Source of the DNA: Candidatus Omnitrophota bacterium
GTDB lineage: Bacteria > Omnitrophota > Omnitrophia > Omnitrophales > Aquincolibacteriaceae
NCBI GenBank assembly: GCA_049324575.1
Contig: JBMONI010000004.1
Coordinates: forward strand, 43,960-107,959
Direction: 5' to 3'
Length of the DNA stretch: 64,000 nt
The notes beneath the pieces were generated by a model. It saw only the letters and a list, made by a program, of their open reading frames with translations. It did not search any database and had not been told where the DNA came from. Positions 63,085-64,000 of this stretch are shown piece after piece; position 1 is the stretch's first letter, and every line of letters begins with the position of its first letter. A program made the position numbers and the translations under genes.

Positions 63085-64000
63085 GGAATAATTTACGGCA
63101 AAGGTCGCTCAAAACATAAGCGCTTGGCCGCAATTTTCTTCCGAGGGTCTCGAAATCGATCTCCACAATCCCAAACCGGGGCCCAAACCCCTTGTCCCAC
63201 TCGAAATTATCCAAAAGGGACCAATACAGATAACCGCCTACGGGAACCCCTTCCCGCATGGCCCTTTCGACCCATTCCAGATGCCCGCGGATATAGAGTT
63301 CGCGTTCCGCGTCGGTTTCCGTGCAAGTACCGTTCTCGGTGATCACGATCGGAAGTTTCATCCGCTTCAGTTTCTTCAGGAGCTTATAAAGCCCCTTCGG
63401 GAAGAATTCCCAGCCGAGCACGTTTTTCATGACCCCCGGCTCGGGAGGCTCATCGAGGCTGATCTCCCCGAACTGGCGCATTTGGCTCCACTCGACCATG
63501 CGGATGCGGTGACGCATGTAATAGTTGAGGCCGATGAAATCGAGCGCGCCGCGGTGCGGCAGAAATTCGCAAAAACGGCCGGGAAAGAAAAGAAAGCCCG
63601 TCCAGACGGCCTGCAGGAAAAGCTCGTTGAAGAACCAGTGCCGGAGGCGCGTCACGAACCGGTCGGCCAGAGAACCGCGGCGGCTCGGCACCATATAGGT
63701 CATGTGCTTCGCCACGCTCACCCAAACGGGGCCCCAGCCCTGGATTTCATAGATCTCGTGGATCGCGCGGTAGGCCCGGACATGCGCCAGGATCATGGTC
63801 CGGAACACCCGGGCCATTTCATCGATCGATTTGTGGCCGGGCGGCCAGACGCCGAGATAATAAGCGTGCGAAAGATAGACGACCGGTTCGTTGATCGTGA
63901 TCCAGACGCGGACCTCGCGACCGAAGCGCAGGACGGCCCGGCGGACAAAGGCGGTGAAATCGTCGACGGCGGTTTCGGCGAGCCAGCCCCCTTTCCGGGC
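63047..64000 (-). CDS. Glycoside hydrolase family 1 beta-glucosidase, partial (N-terminus beyond the window end)
   Basis: Nucleophile motif ITENG and YLYWSLLDNFEW in the listed 256-aa fragment. The acid/base motif TINEP appears in my in-frame upstream translation of 63841..64000 (RVWITINEPVVYLSHAYYLGVWPPGH). The frame is open to the window edge. Confidence 0.85.
   Translation of the reverse strand, partial: ARKGGWLAETAVDDFTAFVRRAVLRFGREVRVWITINEPVVYLSHAYYLGVWPPGHKSIDEMARVFRTMILAHVRAYRAIHEIYEIQGWGPVWVSVAKHMTYMVPSRRGSLADRFVTRLRHWFFNELFLQAVWTGFLFFPGRFCEFLPHRGALDFIGLNYYMRHRIRMVEWSQMRQFGEISLDEPPEPGVMKNVLGWEFFPKGLYKLLKKLKRMKLPIVITENGTCTETDAERELYIRGHLEWVERAMREGVPVGGYLYWSLLDNFEWDKGFGPRFGIVEIDFETLGRKLRPSAYVLSDLCRKLFHGNFTWPPGRSF

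Overview
This is a GC-rich bacterial chromosomal segment, roughly 60% GC by eye, with AT-rich intergenic spacers and a few conspicuously lower-GC stretches. I cannot place the taxon from sequence alone. Every gene I can support, about 25, lies on the minus strand. I found no rRNA genes, CRISPR arrays, transposases or integrases.

Two unusual loci dominate the window.

**Giant-gene locus (1..36499).** A single 29,985-nt ORF at 6515..36499 encodes a 9,994-aa predicted polytopic membrane protein. Immediately downstream is a second very large gene at 1..6271 that runs off the window start with no in-window stop. It is absent from the supplied ORF track, presumably for that reason, and I found it by manually translating the reverse strand. 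It shares an N-terminal ~500-aa domain with the giant protein, tentatively ChaN/Tiki/TraB-like, and continues into a low-GC transmembrane segment and PBS-lyase/HEAT repeats. A tRNA-Ala(CGC) gene with a G3:U70 pair sits about 400 bp upstream of the giant gene. A 30-nt perfect palindrome, plus a hairpin followed by a T-run, lies just downstream of the giant gene's stop.

**Triplicated cassette (50071..61977).** Three tandem two-gene cassettes each pair a signal-peptide, cysteine-rich repeat protein (289, 874 and 1,208 aa) with a multi-TM Wzy_C / O-antigen-ligase-like membrane protein carrying the HNxYLxxxAEEGxGAW signature. I have not seen this pairing described.

**Between the two loci:**
- A lipid-metabolism cluster: cNMP-binding domain fused to a patatin phospholipase, enoyl-CoA hydratase, a membrane-anchored hypothetical, an acyl-CoA synthetase and an alpha/beta hydrolase.
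- Three adjacent c-di-GMP effectors in the order PilZ, YajQ, PilZ.
- A SPOR-domain protein, a GNAT acetyltransferase, and a small basic protein with an Ala/Lys/Pro-rich tail.
- A paralogous pair of proteins whose cores resemble (alpha/alpha)6 barrels; one has an N-terminal AMMECR1 domain.

**Right edge:** a second SPOR-domain protein and a GH1 beta-glucosidase truncated by the window end.

The many plus-strand ORFs in the track are Arg/Pro/Gly-rich antisense artefacts of high-GC coding DNA.
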